Counted from the stretch's first letter, positions 27,414 to 36,613 are shown. The stretch: 64,000 nt of DNA from a virus (IMGVR_UViG_3300014205_000003:32001-96000); one strand, 5' to 3'. Notes: generated by a model not told the origin, from the sequence alone. Numbers and translations are program-made.

Positions 27414-28520
27414 ATGGCGAAAACTACTCAGAACGTGCAGGATGCTTTCGATCTCGTGACTTCCATCTACAAAGAAGTCGAAGCTGCGAACTTTCCGAAA
27501 ACTGCAGAAGTGGGCAAAGACATCTCAGCTGGCACGGACAAAGTAAACGACGAAGAGAAGAAAGCTACTCCAGAGTCCCAGAGCGGTGCTGCGAGTGCTG
27601 CGGAAAATGCTAAGGATCAGCCTGGCAAAATGCCTGTGGCTAAAGGTGAGAGCGCGAAGAACACTGGCGCAACTGCTGTGAAGAATACTGAGCTTACTCC
27701 TATCGCTACTGCAGAAAAGCCTGCTGTTGCGAAGAAGGAGGTTGCTGCAATGTCAGATTCTGAGACTAAGACTGCTATGGCGCAGAAACAGGCTCAGGCT
27801 GAACGTCTCATGGACAACATCGTTGGTATCCTGAAGAGTGCTGAAGCTCCTGTGGAAGCCGCTGTTGATCCTCTGCAGAAGGAAGCGATGGACAAAGGTG
27901 CGGAGTATGCGTACTTCTACTACCTTGGTCGCAAGACTCGTCAGGAACACGCGATGGAGCTGAAAGAAGCTAACATTCGCGCTGACCTGCTGGACAAAGT
28001 TGGTGGCATTGATGGTCTGTTGGACAAAGCTGCTGAAGCTGATCCCGGCAGTGTGCTTCCCCCGGAGCTCGCTGGTGCGGCTGGTGCGATGCCTATGGAA
28101 GGTGCTATGCCTGCGGAAGCTGGTATGGAAGCTCCTGCTGAGGGTGGTGGCGACGACGAAGCCGCGCTTGAGCAGATCGCTCAGGTTCTCTCCGAGTCTG
28201 GTGTGAGTGCTGAAGAGCTTGAACAGATGATTCAGCAGATCAGTGCGCTGAAGGCTCAGGGTATGGACGACGAGCAGATCATGCAGGCGCTCTCTGAGTT
28301 GGCTGACGAAGCTGGTGGCGGCGCTGGTGCTCCTGGCGAAGGCGCTCCTGAGACTCCTGCGATGGAAGCTGCTGAAGATCCTGCTGTTGAAGCCGCTGAG
28401 ACTCCTGCTCAGGAAGCCTCTGAGCATCCTGAGAAGACTGCCAGCATCCAGAAGACTGCTGAACAGGTTCGTGCTGGCATCGACATTGCCAAAGCGTTCC
28501 TCCGTAACGGTGGCAAGTAA
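27414..28520 (+). CDS. Putative scaffolding protein
   Basis: Acidic, Ala/Glu-rich, helical; many KTA/KEA sites; between protease and capsid genes. Confidence 0.65.
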   Translation: MAKTTQNVQDAFDLVTSIYKEVEAANFPKTAEVGKDISAGTDKVNDEEKKATPESQSGAASAAENAKDQPGKMPVAKGESAKNTGATAVKNTELTPIATAEKPAVAKKEVAAMSDSETKTAMAQKQAQAERLMDNIVGILKSAEAPVEAAVDPLQKEAMDKGAEYAYFYYLGRKTRQEHAMELKEANIRADLLDKVGGIDGLLDKAAEADPGSVLPPELAGAAGAMPMEGAMPAEAGMEAPAEGGGDDEAALEQIAQVLSESGVSAEELEQMIQQISALKAQGMDDEQIMQALSELADEAGGGAGAPGEGAPETPAMEAAEDPAVEAAETPAQEASEHPEKTASIQKTAEQVRAGIDIAKAFLRNGGK

Positions 28521-28551
28521 GCTAGTACCTTGAAAGAATGAGGTACACACT

Positions 28552-28977
28552 ATGAACATTCCAGAAGCTCTCAAAGTTAAGTTGGTAGAACTACTCGAGC
28601 TCAATGACTCGATCAGGGCTGACTACGAGCAGAAAGTGGCTGAACTTGAAGGTAAACTTCAAGAACAGCTGACTAAGACTGCTAGTACAGCTGCCGTGAC
28701 AGTCCCTCAAGAGCTTGTGGAGAAGACAGCAGAAGCACTTACGTATGTAGGTGTGTTCACTAAGAAAGACAAAGCAGAAGTGATTAGTCGTCTAACGTCT
28801 GATCCTACCTTTGCTTTTACTTGCTTGGAGAAACTTGCTGCAATTGAAAAAGACCGTAAGGACACAGTTGTACCGCTGGGCAGAGTGGTGAAGAGCCGCC
28901 CTGCTGCTGGTGATTACAAGTGTGAAAGCGACCGAGTTTGGGACGAAGGCATCAAAGAACTTCGTCAGTACGTTTAA
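28552..28977 (+). CDS. Head morphogenesis protein (scaffold-like)
   Basis: Coiled-coil character; KTA motifs; position. Confidence 0.6.
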   Translation: MNIPEALKVKLVELLELNDSIRADYEQKVAELEGKLQEQLTKTASTAAVTVPQELVEKTAEALTYVGVFTKKDKAEVISRLTSDPTFAFTCLEKLAAIEKDRKDTVVPLGRVVKSRPAAGDYKCESDRVWDEGIKELRQYV

Positions 28978-29003
28978 CAGTTAAGATAGAAAGGGTTTAG
29001 CAA

Positions 29004-29534
29004 ATGGCTACTCCTGCTCAGAGCTACGATCATATCGTCCGCATCTCCAGCGGACCGATCGAGCCGCACACCCTTCAGTACGGTGCGGCTTACAAAGCGG
29101 CGGAAACTTTCGTCGCTGGTGCTTGTGTTTCGATGCATACCGATGGTACCCTTCAGGCTGGTTGCAGCGACACTGCGATGCCGATGTGGGCTATCAACGG
29201 CGTTGCGGACCTCGATGTTCAGGCTGAAGGCATTGCCTATGCTGGTGGTGCTGGCATTAGTGGTGGCAGCGTGAACGCGTATGTTGCTACTGGTGGTTAC
29301 GAGTTGTTTACCACTGAGTACGACAGCGCTACTGGGAATACCTATACTCCCAACTTCCTGCTCACTCCCGCGACTGCTACTGCGGATGTTGGCAAAGTGA
29401 CCTTGGCTGATCAGAATGCGTATTCTGCTCACATGGTCTGCGGCGTGGTCAGCCGTGGTGTCGTGGCCGAAAAGTTCAGCAAGAACGTCCTGTTCTTCTG
29501 GCCGGTGTATCTCCCCGCTTACAATGGTGCCTAA
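29004..29534 (+). CDS. Putative head decoration/cement protein
   Basis: Small beta-rich G/A/T protein directly upstream of the capsid gene; strong codon bias. Confidence 0.6.
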   Translation: MATPAQSYDHIVRISSGPIEPHTLQYGAAYKAAETFVAGACVSMHTDGTLQAGCSDTAMPMWAINGVADLDVQAEGIAYAGGAGISGGSVNAYVATGGYELFTTEYDSATGNTYTPNFLLTPATATADVGKVTLADQNAYSAHMVCGVVSRGVVAEKFSKNVLFFWPVYLPAYNGA

Positions 29535-29552
29535 TAAAGGAGGATGACTCAT

Positions 29553-30518
29553 ATGTACGATCCTACTGTCAAAGCTAAGAATGCCACCCTCCTGGACTCC
29601 CTCACGTCTACTGACGGGAATCTTCAGAAGGAAGCCGCTGGGAAACTCACCGACTACTTGATCGTCAAAGCTCGTGAAGATGGTATCTTCCGTAAGGTCC
29701 TTCCTCCGACTCCGGTCACGTGGGACGATATGGTTCCCCAGGTTGATAGCCTTAAGCCGGTTATCATCCGTGAAATGCAGCCCGAATCCAATGGCGCGTA
29801 CAGCTTGCCGTTTGGTGGTGTGCCCTATGACACCTTCTTCGGTGCCCCGCGCTATCGGATTACCTTCGATCGCGTCAAGAGCCGTCGAATGACTGCTGAC
29901 GTGATGAACCTCCGTGGCTATACGATGGACATCCGTCAGGTGTTCAACGACCTCCTGCTCAAGGACATCCTTGCTGAGGAAGATCGTAAGTTCATCGTGC
30001 AGTGCAATGCACTCGTTGGTGCGAAAAACTCGACTGCTACTGCGCGTTATACCGCCGTGGCTGCGAAGGGTTACATCGACCTCGGTGGTCCGATTAGCCG
30101 TTCGACCCTCGAGCTGTTCCGCGAAGCTCTTCCGAGCACCAATCGGCACTTGAATCCGGCCCTGGCACTCGTCAACAACGTGACCATCAATCAGGTGATC
30201 ACGCTTGACCGTGCTGCGATCGGTGGTGACATGGCTCAGGATATCCTGCAGGAAGGTTTCTCCAAGAACCGTCTCGTGGGTATGGACTGGATCTCCACTA
30301 TCAAGACCGATCTCGTTCCGAACAACGTCGCGTTCCAGTTCACCACGCCGGAAGCCCTCGGTGACTTCTGCGTGTTGGAAGATGTGACTGTGAGCACGAA
30401 ATCAGAGAATTATTTCTTTGAGATGTTCGCGTATGAAACTATCGGCGGCAGCATTGCGAACGTAGGCGCTTTGGCCAAAGCCTACTTCGGAGGCAGTACT
30501 GCCGGTGCTTGGGTGTAA
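29553..30518 (+). CDS. Major capsid protein (probably HK97 fold)
   Basis: AGGAGG RBS, strong codon bias, REDGIFRKVLPP, order protease-scaffold-decoration-capsid-terminator; N-terminal LQKEAA possible cleavage site. Confidence 0.8.
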   Translation: MYDPTVKAKNATLLDSLTSTDGNLQKEAAGKLTDYLIVKAREDGIFRKVLPPTPVTWDDMVPQVDSLKPVIIREMQPESNGAYSLPFGGVPYDTFFGAPRYRITFDRVKSRRMTADVMNLRGYTMDIRQVFNDLLLKDILAEEDRKFIVQCNALVGAKNSTATARYTAVAAKGYIDLGGPISRSTLELFREALPSTNRHLNPALALVNNVTINQVITLDRAAIGGDMAQDILQEGFSKNRLVGMDWISTIKTDLVPNNVAFQFTTPEALGDFCVLEDVTVSTKSENYFFEMFAYETIGGSIANVGALAKAYFGGSTAGAWV

Positions 30519-30557
30519 GCTGTATCTTACGTAGCTAGAAATAGTTACGGTACTTAG

Positions 30558-30590
30558 AGCCCTCGGAGAAATCCGGGGGCTTTTCATTTT
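30558..30590 (+). terminator. Rho-independent terminator
   Basis: agccctcgga-gaaa-tccgggggct followed by tttcatttt. Confidence 0.85.
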
Positions 30591-30600
30591 ACATGTTTTC

Positions 30601-30690
30601 AAACCACTTATACGAAATGTTTGCGTATGAAACTAAAACCGCTTCTTCGAAATGTTTGCGTACCTATAAAATAAATTCCACGAACCGCTT
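30601..30690 (+). repeat. Mini-array: RAACCRCTT x3 with two cgaaatgtttgcgta units resembling the capsid gene
   Basis: Repeats at 30601, 30636, 30682; 15-bp unit at 30613 and 30648. Confidence 0.8.
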
Positions 30691-30716
30691 GACGATGGGG
30701 TGCTTTATGATAAATT
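30689..30716 (+). promoter_or_regulatory. Putative sigma70 promoter of the HNH gene
   Basis: TTGACG, 16 nt, TAAATT with extended -10 TG. Confidence 0.45.
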
Positions 30717-30761
30717 ATTCTTAGGTAGAAATTCATCTATCTAAACAAAGGATACTAGAAA

Positions 30762-31808
30762 ATGCGTCCTCTCGAAACCAGAACCTGTGCATGTGGCAAG
30801 ACCTTCCAGATCAAACCGTACAGCAAGCAGCAGTGTTGCAGCTCTGTCTGTGGCGCTAACTTCCGTAAAGGGAAGACAGGCTTTAAGGATATGACAGGCC
30901 TTAAGGTCAACCTGCTTACAGCTACGCGTCAGGCTACGGATGATGACAAGAAGCATCTCCCTGTGATTGCTCAGCAAAAGATTCACTGGGTGTGCACTTG
31001 TGATTGTGGAAAGACGGGGGTTATTGTTGCAGGTGGTGATTTGCGTTCAGGTGCTGTTAAGAGCTGTGGTTGTGCACGTACTAAACGTCACCCTGAAGAC
31101 TATGTCTGCGAAGTCTGTGGAAAGACTTTTTCAGCTATTCCGTATCCTGGACGTCCTCATCGCGCTTGCTCCAATGAGTGCAAGATCCAGCTGGTGGGCG
31201 GTTTCCACAAGCGGAAAGACTATGTAGGGAAGCGATTTGGTCGTCTTACTGTACAGAGTGTTGACGAGACTTTGTCTGCGGCTCTTGATGGACGTAAGCA
31301 CTGCGTGTTGCATCTTAATTGTAAGTGTGACTGTGGTAAAGAGCTTGTTGTGAAAGCAAATGCTCTGAACAATGGTCAGAAGAGCTGTGGATGCTATCGA
31401 AAAGAACTTACTGCAGAGGATAATCGCATCTCTAGTGCTACAACTCTCTATAAGGTGTATGCGAAGAATGCCGCGAATCGTATGCTTCCCTTCGACCTAT
31501 CTCTTTCAGAGTTCATGCATATCGCTGGCCAAAAATGCCACTACTGCGGAGCTTTACCGAACACTCAAGGAAGCTACTGTGATCGTGTACAGGATCGTTC
31601 AAAAGCTTTTCCTGCTACTGGTGTGGACAGAAAGGACGCGAAGCTAGGTTACAGCTTAGAAAATTGCGTCAGCGCATGCTCATCCTGCAACCTTTCGAAG
31701 CAGTCTATGACCTATGATGATTACAGACAGCACCTGCTTAAATCTGCTGCACACATCATTAGTCAAGCAACTGTAGAAGTTATGCCTTCTGCAGAGCTTG
31801 CTGTTTAA
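30762..31808 (+). CDS. Free-standing HNH-type (His-Me finger) homing endonuclease with repeated Zn-binding DNA-binding domains
   Basis: CxCDCG...KSCGC modules x2; CHYCG...GVDRKD..GYSLENCV.AC..CN..K. Confidence 0.85.
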   Translation: MRPLETRTCACGKTFQIKPYSKQQCCSSVCGANFRKGKTGFKDMTGLKVNLLTATRQATDDDKKHLPVIAQQKIHWVCTCDCGKTGVIVAGGDLRSGAVKSCGCARTKRHPEDYVCEVCGKTFSAIPYPGRPHRACSNECKIQLVGGFHKRKDYVGKRFGRLTVQSVDETLSAALDGRKHCVLHLNCKCDCGKELVVKANALNNGQKSCGCYRKELTAEDNRISSATTLYKVYAKNAANRMLPFDLSLSEFMHIAGQKCHYCGALPNTQGSYCDRVQDRSKAFPATGVDRKDAKLGYSLENCVSACSSCNLSKQSMTYDDYRQHLLKSAAHIISQATVEVMPSAELAV

Positions 31809-31827
31809 GTTACACACGTTTTCTTCT

Positions 31828-31862
31828 AGGAGCCGCTTCTCAGGATATGGGGAGCGGCTCTT
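31828..31862 (+). terminator. Intergenic hairpin (terminator or processing site)
   Basis: aggagccgcttctca / tggggagcggctctt, 15-bp stem; weak U tract. Confidence 0.5.
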
Positions 31863-31928
31863 ATGCTTATCCGCTATATTAGGTAGTGTCGCAGTGACAT
31901 TTAAACTGCAAAACAAAGGAATCTAAAC

Positions 31929-32738
31929 ATGGTATTCAAGACAGCGATTAAGAACAATCTGGGCTATGAACGTCGATTGATGTGGTTGAAGGGTGGATTG
32001 ACGATTGATCCCTTTGGCTTTCAGTTGATGGAAGGTTGTTGGCCTGACAAGTGTAATGACTCGGAACGTAGAGGTTTCTTGAACGAATTGGAAGGTGGTT
32101 CGATTACTGTCACGTATGTGACCGACATGGCGACCATTCATCCAGACAAGCTTCAGGAGTTTCTTGAGACTAGTGGTAAGAATCCTAATCCGCCTGTTGA
32201 GGCTCCCGTGGCTCCTGTTGCTCCTGTCGCTGTTGCAGAGGAGTCTAAGGAAGTGATTCAGGCTCCTGCTCCTGTGAAAGAGAAGGTAGACGTTAAGAGT
32301 GATCCGATTCCTCAGGCGATTCGCAAGTTGCAGGAGGATGCTCGCAAGTTGTTTGCAGAGGCCAACAAGAATCCTGACACGAAGGCTTTCAAGTTTGGGG
32401 AAGCTGATGTGGATGCTCCTCGCGGCAAGGAAGTGGATTTGACTTCTAAGTTGGCTCACGAAGGAAGTATGGAGCAGTTCATGTCGCAGCGTAAGGGGTT
32501 TACTCCTGATGATGTGACAGCTGTTGCTGAGTTGCCTGAGCAGACTCCTGCGTTCAAGGAGATGGAGTTCAAGCCTACGGTTGACAAGACTCCGATGTTC
32601 AGCGAGACGTCAGCGCCTGCAAATCAGCCTGCAGAGACTCCTGCGAAGCTGGCAGAGGCTAACCCTGTTGTTGAGGCTCAGACGATTGTTGCAGCGGCTT
32701 CTAAGCAGTCTCAGCGTGGTCGTAAGAAAGGTGGATGA
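31929..32738 (+). CDS. Hypothetical protein
   Basis: ORF track; AAAGGA RBS; P/A/E-rich C-terminus. Confidence 0.8.
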   Translation: MVFKTAIKNNLGYERRLMWLKGGLTIDPFGFQLMEGCWPDKCNDSERRGFLNELEGGSITVTYVTDMATIHPDKLQEFLETSGKNPNPPVEAPVAPVAPVAVAEESKEVIQAPAPVKEKVDVKSDPIPQAIRKLQEDARKLFAEANKNPDTKAFKFGEADVDAPRGKEVDLTSKLAHEGSMEQFMSQRKGFTPDDVTAVAELPEQTPAFKEMEFKPTVDKTPMFSETSAPANQPAETPAKLAEANPVVEAQTIVAAASKQSQRGRKKGG

Positions 32739-33058
32739 ACATGAGTGAGCGCGTACTACTTTCGAGTGCAGCTTCTTTGAAGGGTGCGATTGAGGTTACT
32801 GCTTCTTCAGTTTTGAGTTTAGCTGAGGACGGCAAGAGGAATTTCTTGTACTTGTCGAACAACAGTTCGAATCCTGACGAGATTGTTTGGCTGGGCTTTG
32901 GAGTGCCTGCAGTGGTTGGAGAGGGTGTTCCTCTTTGTCCTGGGGGTGTTCCTGTAGTGATGTCTGGATCGACTGGCATCTATACTGGCGACATCTACAT
33001 GATTGCCAGTGAGGGTACTCCTTCTGTTTCTTGGCAGGTTCTCTGGTCGAACTGTTAA
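32735..33058 (+). CDS. Small beta-rich structural protein
   Basis: RNFLYLSNNS..VWLGFG..GVPLCPG; lies in structural operon. Confidence 0.55.
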   Translation: MNMSERVLLSSAASLKGAIEVTASSVLSLAEDGKRNFLYLSNNSSNPDEIVWLGFGVPAVVGEGVPLCPGGVPVVMSGSTGIYTGDIYMIASEGTPSVSWQVLWSNC

Positions 33059-33072
33059 CGAGGGTAAGCTAG

Positions 33073-33900
33073 ATGCCGCTTCCACTCACCTTGATGGATA
33101 CTGATGGATTGTCTCCAGCAGGTTATCCAGTGCTTCAGCTTCAGCAGGCTACAGAGCAGAACGTTGCTGTGTACTTGAAGGAGGCTGACGGGACTGAATA
33201 TGTCGCGGCATCTGGCAACGTTGTAACTCTTACGACTTCTGAGACTCTTGCTGGATATCCTGTAGACATGTTAATCACATGTACGTGGACAACTCCTTCT
33301 ACAGGACTTATAAATGTTCCAGTACCTCACGACGAAGAGCAGACTCCTGGAATCTGGATTGGCGAGTTTACAGTCTACGAAGACAGTACTCAGGCAAAGG
33401 CTTTACGCAGGTTTAGGTGTTATGTCGAGATTCAGCCATCGTTGGCTAAGCTTGGACAGGCTCAGGTAAATGCTCCTCTGTCTATTGCAGAGATTCGAAT
33501 GGCTATGCGGGACAGATGTGCGGAAGATAACTTCTTGCTTGACAGTATGGAATTCTCTGACTCGGAGATAGCTTTCTGCATACGTCGTCCAGTAGATTGG
33601 TGGAATGAGACTGCTCAACGGCTTCGGATTGCTACATATACGTATACGACGTTTCCTTACAGGTATCATTGGTTGGATGCTACTGTAGGGGAACTGTTGA
33701 AGATTGGCAGTTACAACTTGAACAGGAATCGGATCACTTTGAATGCTGGTGGGATCAACACAGACGACAAAGAGCGCGGGAAGCTCTATCTGGAGTTGTC
33801 GGACAAGTTGATTAAGGAGTACCACAGTTGGGGTACTGCTCAGATGAAGGGTTTGAATCTTCAGGGTTGGGGTGGCTTTGTACGCAACGGGTGGTTCTAA
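33073..33900 (+). CDS. Putative neck/head-tail adaptor protein
   Basis: EIRMAMRD...FSDSEI pattern; position after capsid gene. Confidence 0.55.
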   Translation: MPLPLTLMDTDGLSPAGYPVLQLQQATEQNVAVYLKEADGTEYVAASGNVVTLTTSETLAGYPVDMLITCTWTTPSTGLINVPVPHDEEQTPGIWIGEFTVYEDSTQAKALRRFRCYVEIQPSLAKLGQAQVNAPLSIAEIRMAMRDRCAEDNFLLDSMEFSDSEIAFCIRRPVDWWNETAQRLRIATYTYTTFPYRYHWLDATVGELLKIGSYNLNRNRITLNAGGINTDDKERGKLYLELSDKLIKEYHSWGTAQMKGLNLQGWGGFVRNGWF

Positions 33901-34226
33901 TGTCTAAAGTATCTCTACAGGCTTTCTTCTCTGGGTATATGTCAAAGAGTGCAGCCTTCTTCACTTCTGACGGAAAGCCGTATAAGCCGTATCCAGATCT
34001 GTATCCTAAACTTCCTGATCCTACAGCAAAAGAGAAAGAACTGGCGGCGTGGTGGAATCAAGATGATAAGAAGATAAAACAACCAGAGAGCACAAGTAAA
34101 GCTCTTGAGGAGTTTGGTAAAAGTTGGAAGAAAGCAGAACCTCCCAAAGGTCTTACAGGTTGGCCAGATGTGAGCAAACTTAAAAAGATACTCAATGTGG
34201 TTTTACGTATCGGTAAGGCTAAGTAG
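33900..34226 (+). CDS. Small protein with N-terminal AFxxGYxxKxA motif
   Basis: ATG at 33900: MSKVSLQAFFSGYMSKSA. Confidence 0.75.
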   Translation: MSKVSLQAFFSGYMSKSAAFFTSDGKPYKPYPDLYPKLPDPTAKEKELAAWWNQDDKKIKQPESTSKALEEFGKSWKKAEPPKGLTGWPDVSKLKKILNVVLRIGKAK

Positions 34227-34242
34227 GTTTAAAAATAACTAG

Positions 34243-35136
34243 ATGTCCACTTACCTCTTCAGTTATGTGAAGGCTCTTGTAAGTCCTGTAGACTATTCCA
34301 CTACAGTTGAGTGGAAGCTTGTCAAGGGCTACAAGCCTGTCTCAGCTACTTTGAATTTCTACGTAGAGGTAGCTCGAGCTGGTGGAGACTTTACACGACT
34401 CAATCCTTCTGCTCCTGTTGTGAATGATTTCCACTACACCGACAGTATTAGATATCAGTACAACATTCAGAACGACATCGTATATCGTGTAGTGATGGAA
34501 GACAACGGAACTTCGTATGCTTCTATCCCTGTACAGATTGGTGGACCTCTTTCCAGTCAAGAGCGAAACTTGGTAAGGGAGATCAGTCGTAGGAAGTATG
34601 TACAGCTGGTAAAACGCACAGGTGTGCGCGGATACTTACTTAGAGCTAGGGATTGGGGAACAGACTGTCCTAACAACGATCCAGACTCTGAGACACCTTT
34701 TACAGGTGAGTGTCCTCTCTGCTACGGTGGAGGGATTCTTGGTGGTTTCTTTCCAGCGATTGAGTATTGGCTTGAGCCTGCTGAGAAAGCTGGAATAGAG
34801 CGTAAGACAGATGGAACTACTGGAACAGAGATGACTCATATCTCTAAGTGGCGGTGTATTAACTATCCTGCAGTGTTTCCAGATGATTTGTGGGTTGATG
34901 CGCAGACAGGCGACAGATACACAGTTGCTCCTGAGTACATTCCAGAAGTGTACATCAGGAGTTATCCTATAATGGGTATCATTGCTATGACTAAGCTTCC
35001 TCCTACGTCATATCTGTACAATGTTCCAGTAGGTTCTGGAGCCGCTACAGGGACGGATGGCTGGACGAGTGGACTAGCGACGATTGCTGCGCGTGGACAA
35101 GAACAGCTTACAGAACCTAGAGAAGTACTCTTTTAA
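34243..35136 (+). CDS. Putative head-completion/neck protein with Zn-finger
   Basis: C...CPLCYGGGILGGF motif; position. Confidence 0.55.
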   Translation: MSTYLFSYVKALVSPVDYSTTVEWKLVKGYKPVSATLNFYVEVARAGGDFTRLNPSAPVVNDFHYTDSIRYQYNIQNDIVYRVVMEDNGTSYASIPVQIGGPLSSQERNLVREISRRKYVQLVKRTGVRGYLLRARDWGTDCPNNDPDSETPFTGECPLCYGGGILGGFFPAIEYWLEPAEKAGIERKTDGTTGTEMTHISKWRCINYPAVFPDDLWVDAQTGDRYTVAPEYIPEVYIRSYPIMGIIAMTKLPPTSYLYNVPVGSGAATGTDGWTSGLATIAARGQEQLTEPREVLF

Positions 35137-35156
35137 ACGCACAGATGTGCACTTTT
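35135..35156. repeat. Dispersed palindrome copy (reverse orientation)
   Basis: aaacgcacagatgtgcactttt. Confidence 0.85.
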
Positions 35157-35168
35157 CAGGAACAGACG

Positions 35169-35978
35169 ATGCAAGACAAACTGGCAGCTCTGCTTGGTGG
35201 AATGTTGAACGAGTATGTCTCAGGAGCTTCTGACTTGGCTGCTGGACAGGCAGGGGCGCCTGCTACAGGCTCTACAACTGCCAATGGGGACATTGTACCG
35301 TCTACCAACGAAGTCATGCTCCAGAGGCGATTGGCTGACGTTATGAAGCCTGTCTATCAGATGGCTGGACAAGCTAAGGAACATGAAGCTCGTCGTATCC
35401 GTGAAACGATGTTTGGAATCAAACCAGATGCTCCTACAGCTAATCCTATTGCTAAAGGCGTCTCAGAGTTCTTAGCTACTCGCTTGTACAACAGAGATCT
35501 TCAGCCGTACATCAAGGCTATGGAAGAGGAAGCTAAGAACAATGTACGAAACTCTTCTGCAGGTGAGGCTGGATATGGCGATCAGTGGAAGTCTACGATT
35601 ACCAGTTTCATTGCTCATCCAGATGCTGAAGTGAATCAGTATGGCAATCTGCTTAACATTATGAGTAAGACTCAAGACATGCAGACTAAGCAGAAAGCTC
35701 AGATAGGTTTGAACGCTTTGAAGAAGCGTTGGGTAAAGACAAATCAGGGAGATAAGCTGGCTTTGCTTCATCAGTTGGAAGCTCTGAAGAGCACTAAGGG
35801 GAAATCTGCTGACTTAGGTCAGGTGCAGAAGAAAGCTATTCGTTCGATGAAGACGTACTTGGACAGTTTGAAGTTCAATGTGGGACAGGACAACAAGGTT
35901 CGAGGATATAAGACATATCCTGTGAACAATGCGCAGATGGACGCGGCTAATCAGGAAGCGCAGGCTGTAAAGATCTAA
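35169..35978 (+). CDS. Hypothetical protein
   Basis: ATG at 35169 after AGGA: MQDKLAA. Confidence 0.7.
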   Translation: MQDKLAALLGGMLNEYVSGASDLAAGQAGAPATGSTTANGDIVPSTNEVMLQRRLADVMKPVYQMAGQAKEHEARRIRETMFGIKPDAPTANPIAKGVSEFLATRLYNRDLQPYIKAMEEEAKNNVRNSSAGEAGYGDQWKSTITSFIAHPDAEVNQYGNLLNIMSKTQDMQTKQKAQIGLNALKKRWVKTNQGDKLALLHQLEALKSTKGKSADLGQVQKKAIRSMKTYLDSLKFNVGQDNKVRGYKTYPVNNAQMDAANQEAQAVKI

Positions 35979-36602
35979 ATGACTACATACGTTGAACCAA
36001 CTTGGGGACTTCCGTCTGATCAATTTGTCAGACAGCAGAGCATCTTCTCGCAGAAGCCTATGGACATGCAAGCTCTTTCCGGCTTGCTTATTCGCTACAT
36101 GCAGATGTGCTTTATGGCTCCTACGAGTATTGTGAATCCTGACTTGCAGACGCTGTTGTGGAATTCGGATACGCAGTTGTCGAAGATCTTTATTGGAAGT
36201 GGTGCGGCGATAAATACTGCGAATGCGGGACAGAAGCCTGGAATCTATATTAGTAGAGATGAAGTTAAGACATTGGACATCAACATTCCTCCGAATGTGG
36301 TACAAGTATCTGTAGGACATTCGCCAACAGATCCAATGATCTTCAACGATACTTTTGTAGGCGCTCATACAATACGAGCTGAGAGTGGTAACTGTTACGA
36401 AGCTGAAGCGATAGGTCAGGAGATGTTCTTGAAGTTGTTGATCTTCCACAGTGTTATACAGGATGACGCACAACTTCGAATGTTGACACTTAGCAATTTG
36501 ACAAAGGTTCAGAAAGCTGAGAACGGAAACTTTGTGACAGGTATTGTAATGAGTTGGGCCGCAGATTTCAATTATTCACTTCCAACGATGGAAACTTGGT
36601 GA
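35979..36602 (+). CDS. Putative tail terminator/completion protein
   Basis: KPGIYISR motif; size and position before tube-like genes. Confidence 0.45.
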   Translation: MTTYVEPTWGLPSDQFVRQQSIFSQKPMDMQALSGLLIRYMQMCFMAPTSIVNPDLQTLLWNSDTQLSKIFIGSGAAINTANAGQKPGIYISRDEVKTLDINIPPNVVQVSVGHSPTDPMIFNDTFVGAHTIRAESGNCYEAEAIGQEMFLKLLIFHSVIQDDAQLRMLTLSNLTKVQKAENGNFVTGIVMSWAADFNYSLPTMETW

Positions 36603-36613
36603 GGTAAAAGAAC

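Noticed and set aside
19760-30149. Long minus-strand ORFs (19760..20632, 20687..21766, 27753..28604, 28974..30149)
   Set aside because: Antisense shadows of strongly codon-biased plus-strand genes; no RBS or recognisable motifs
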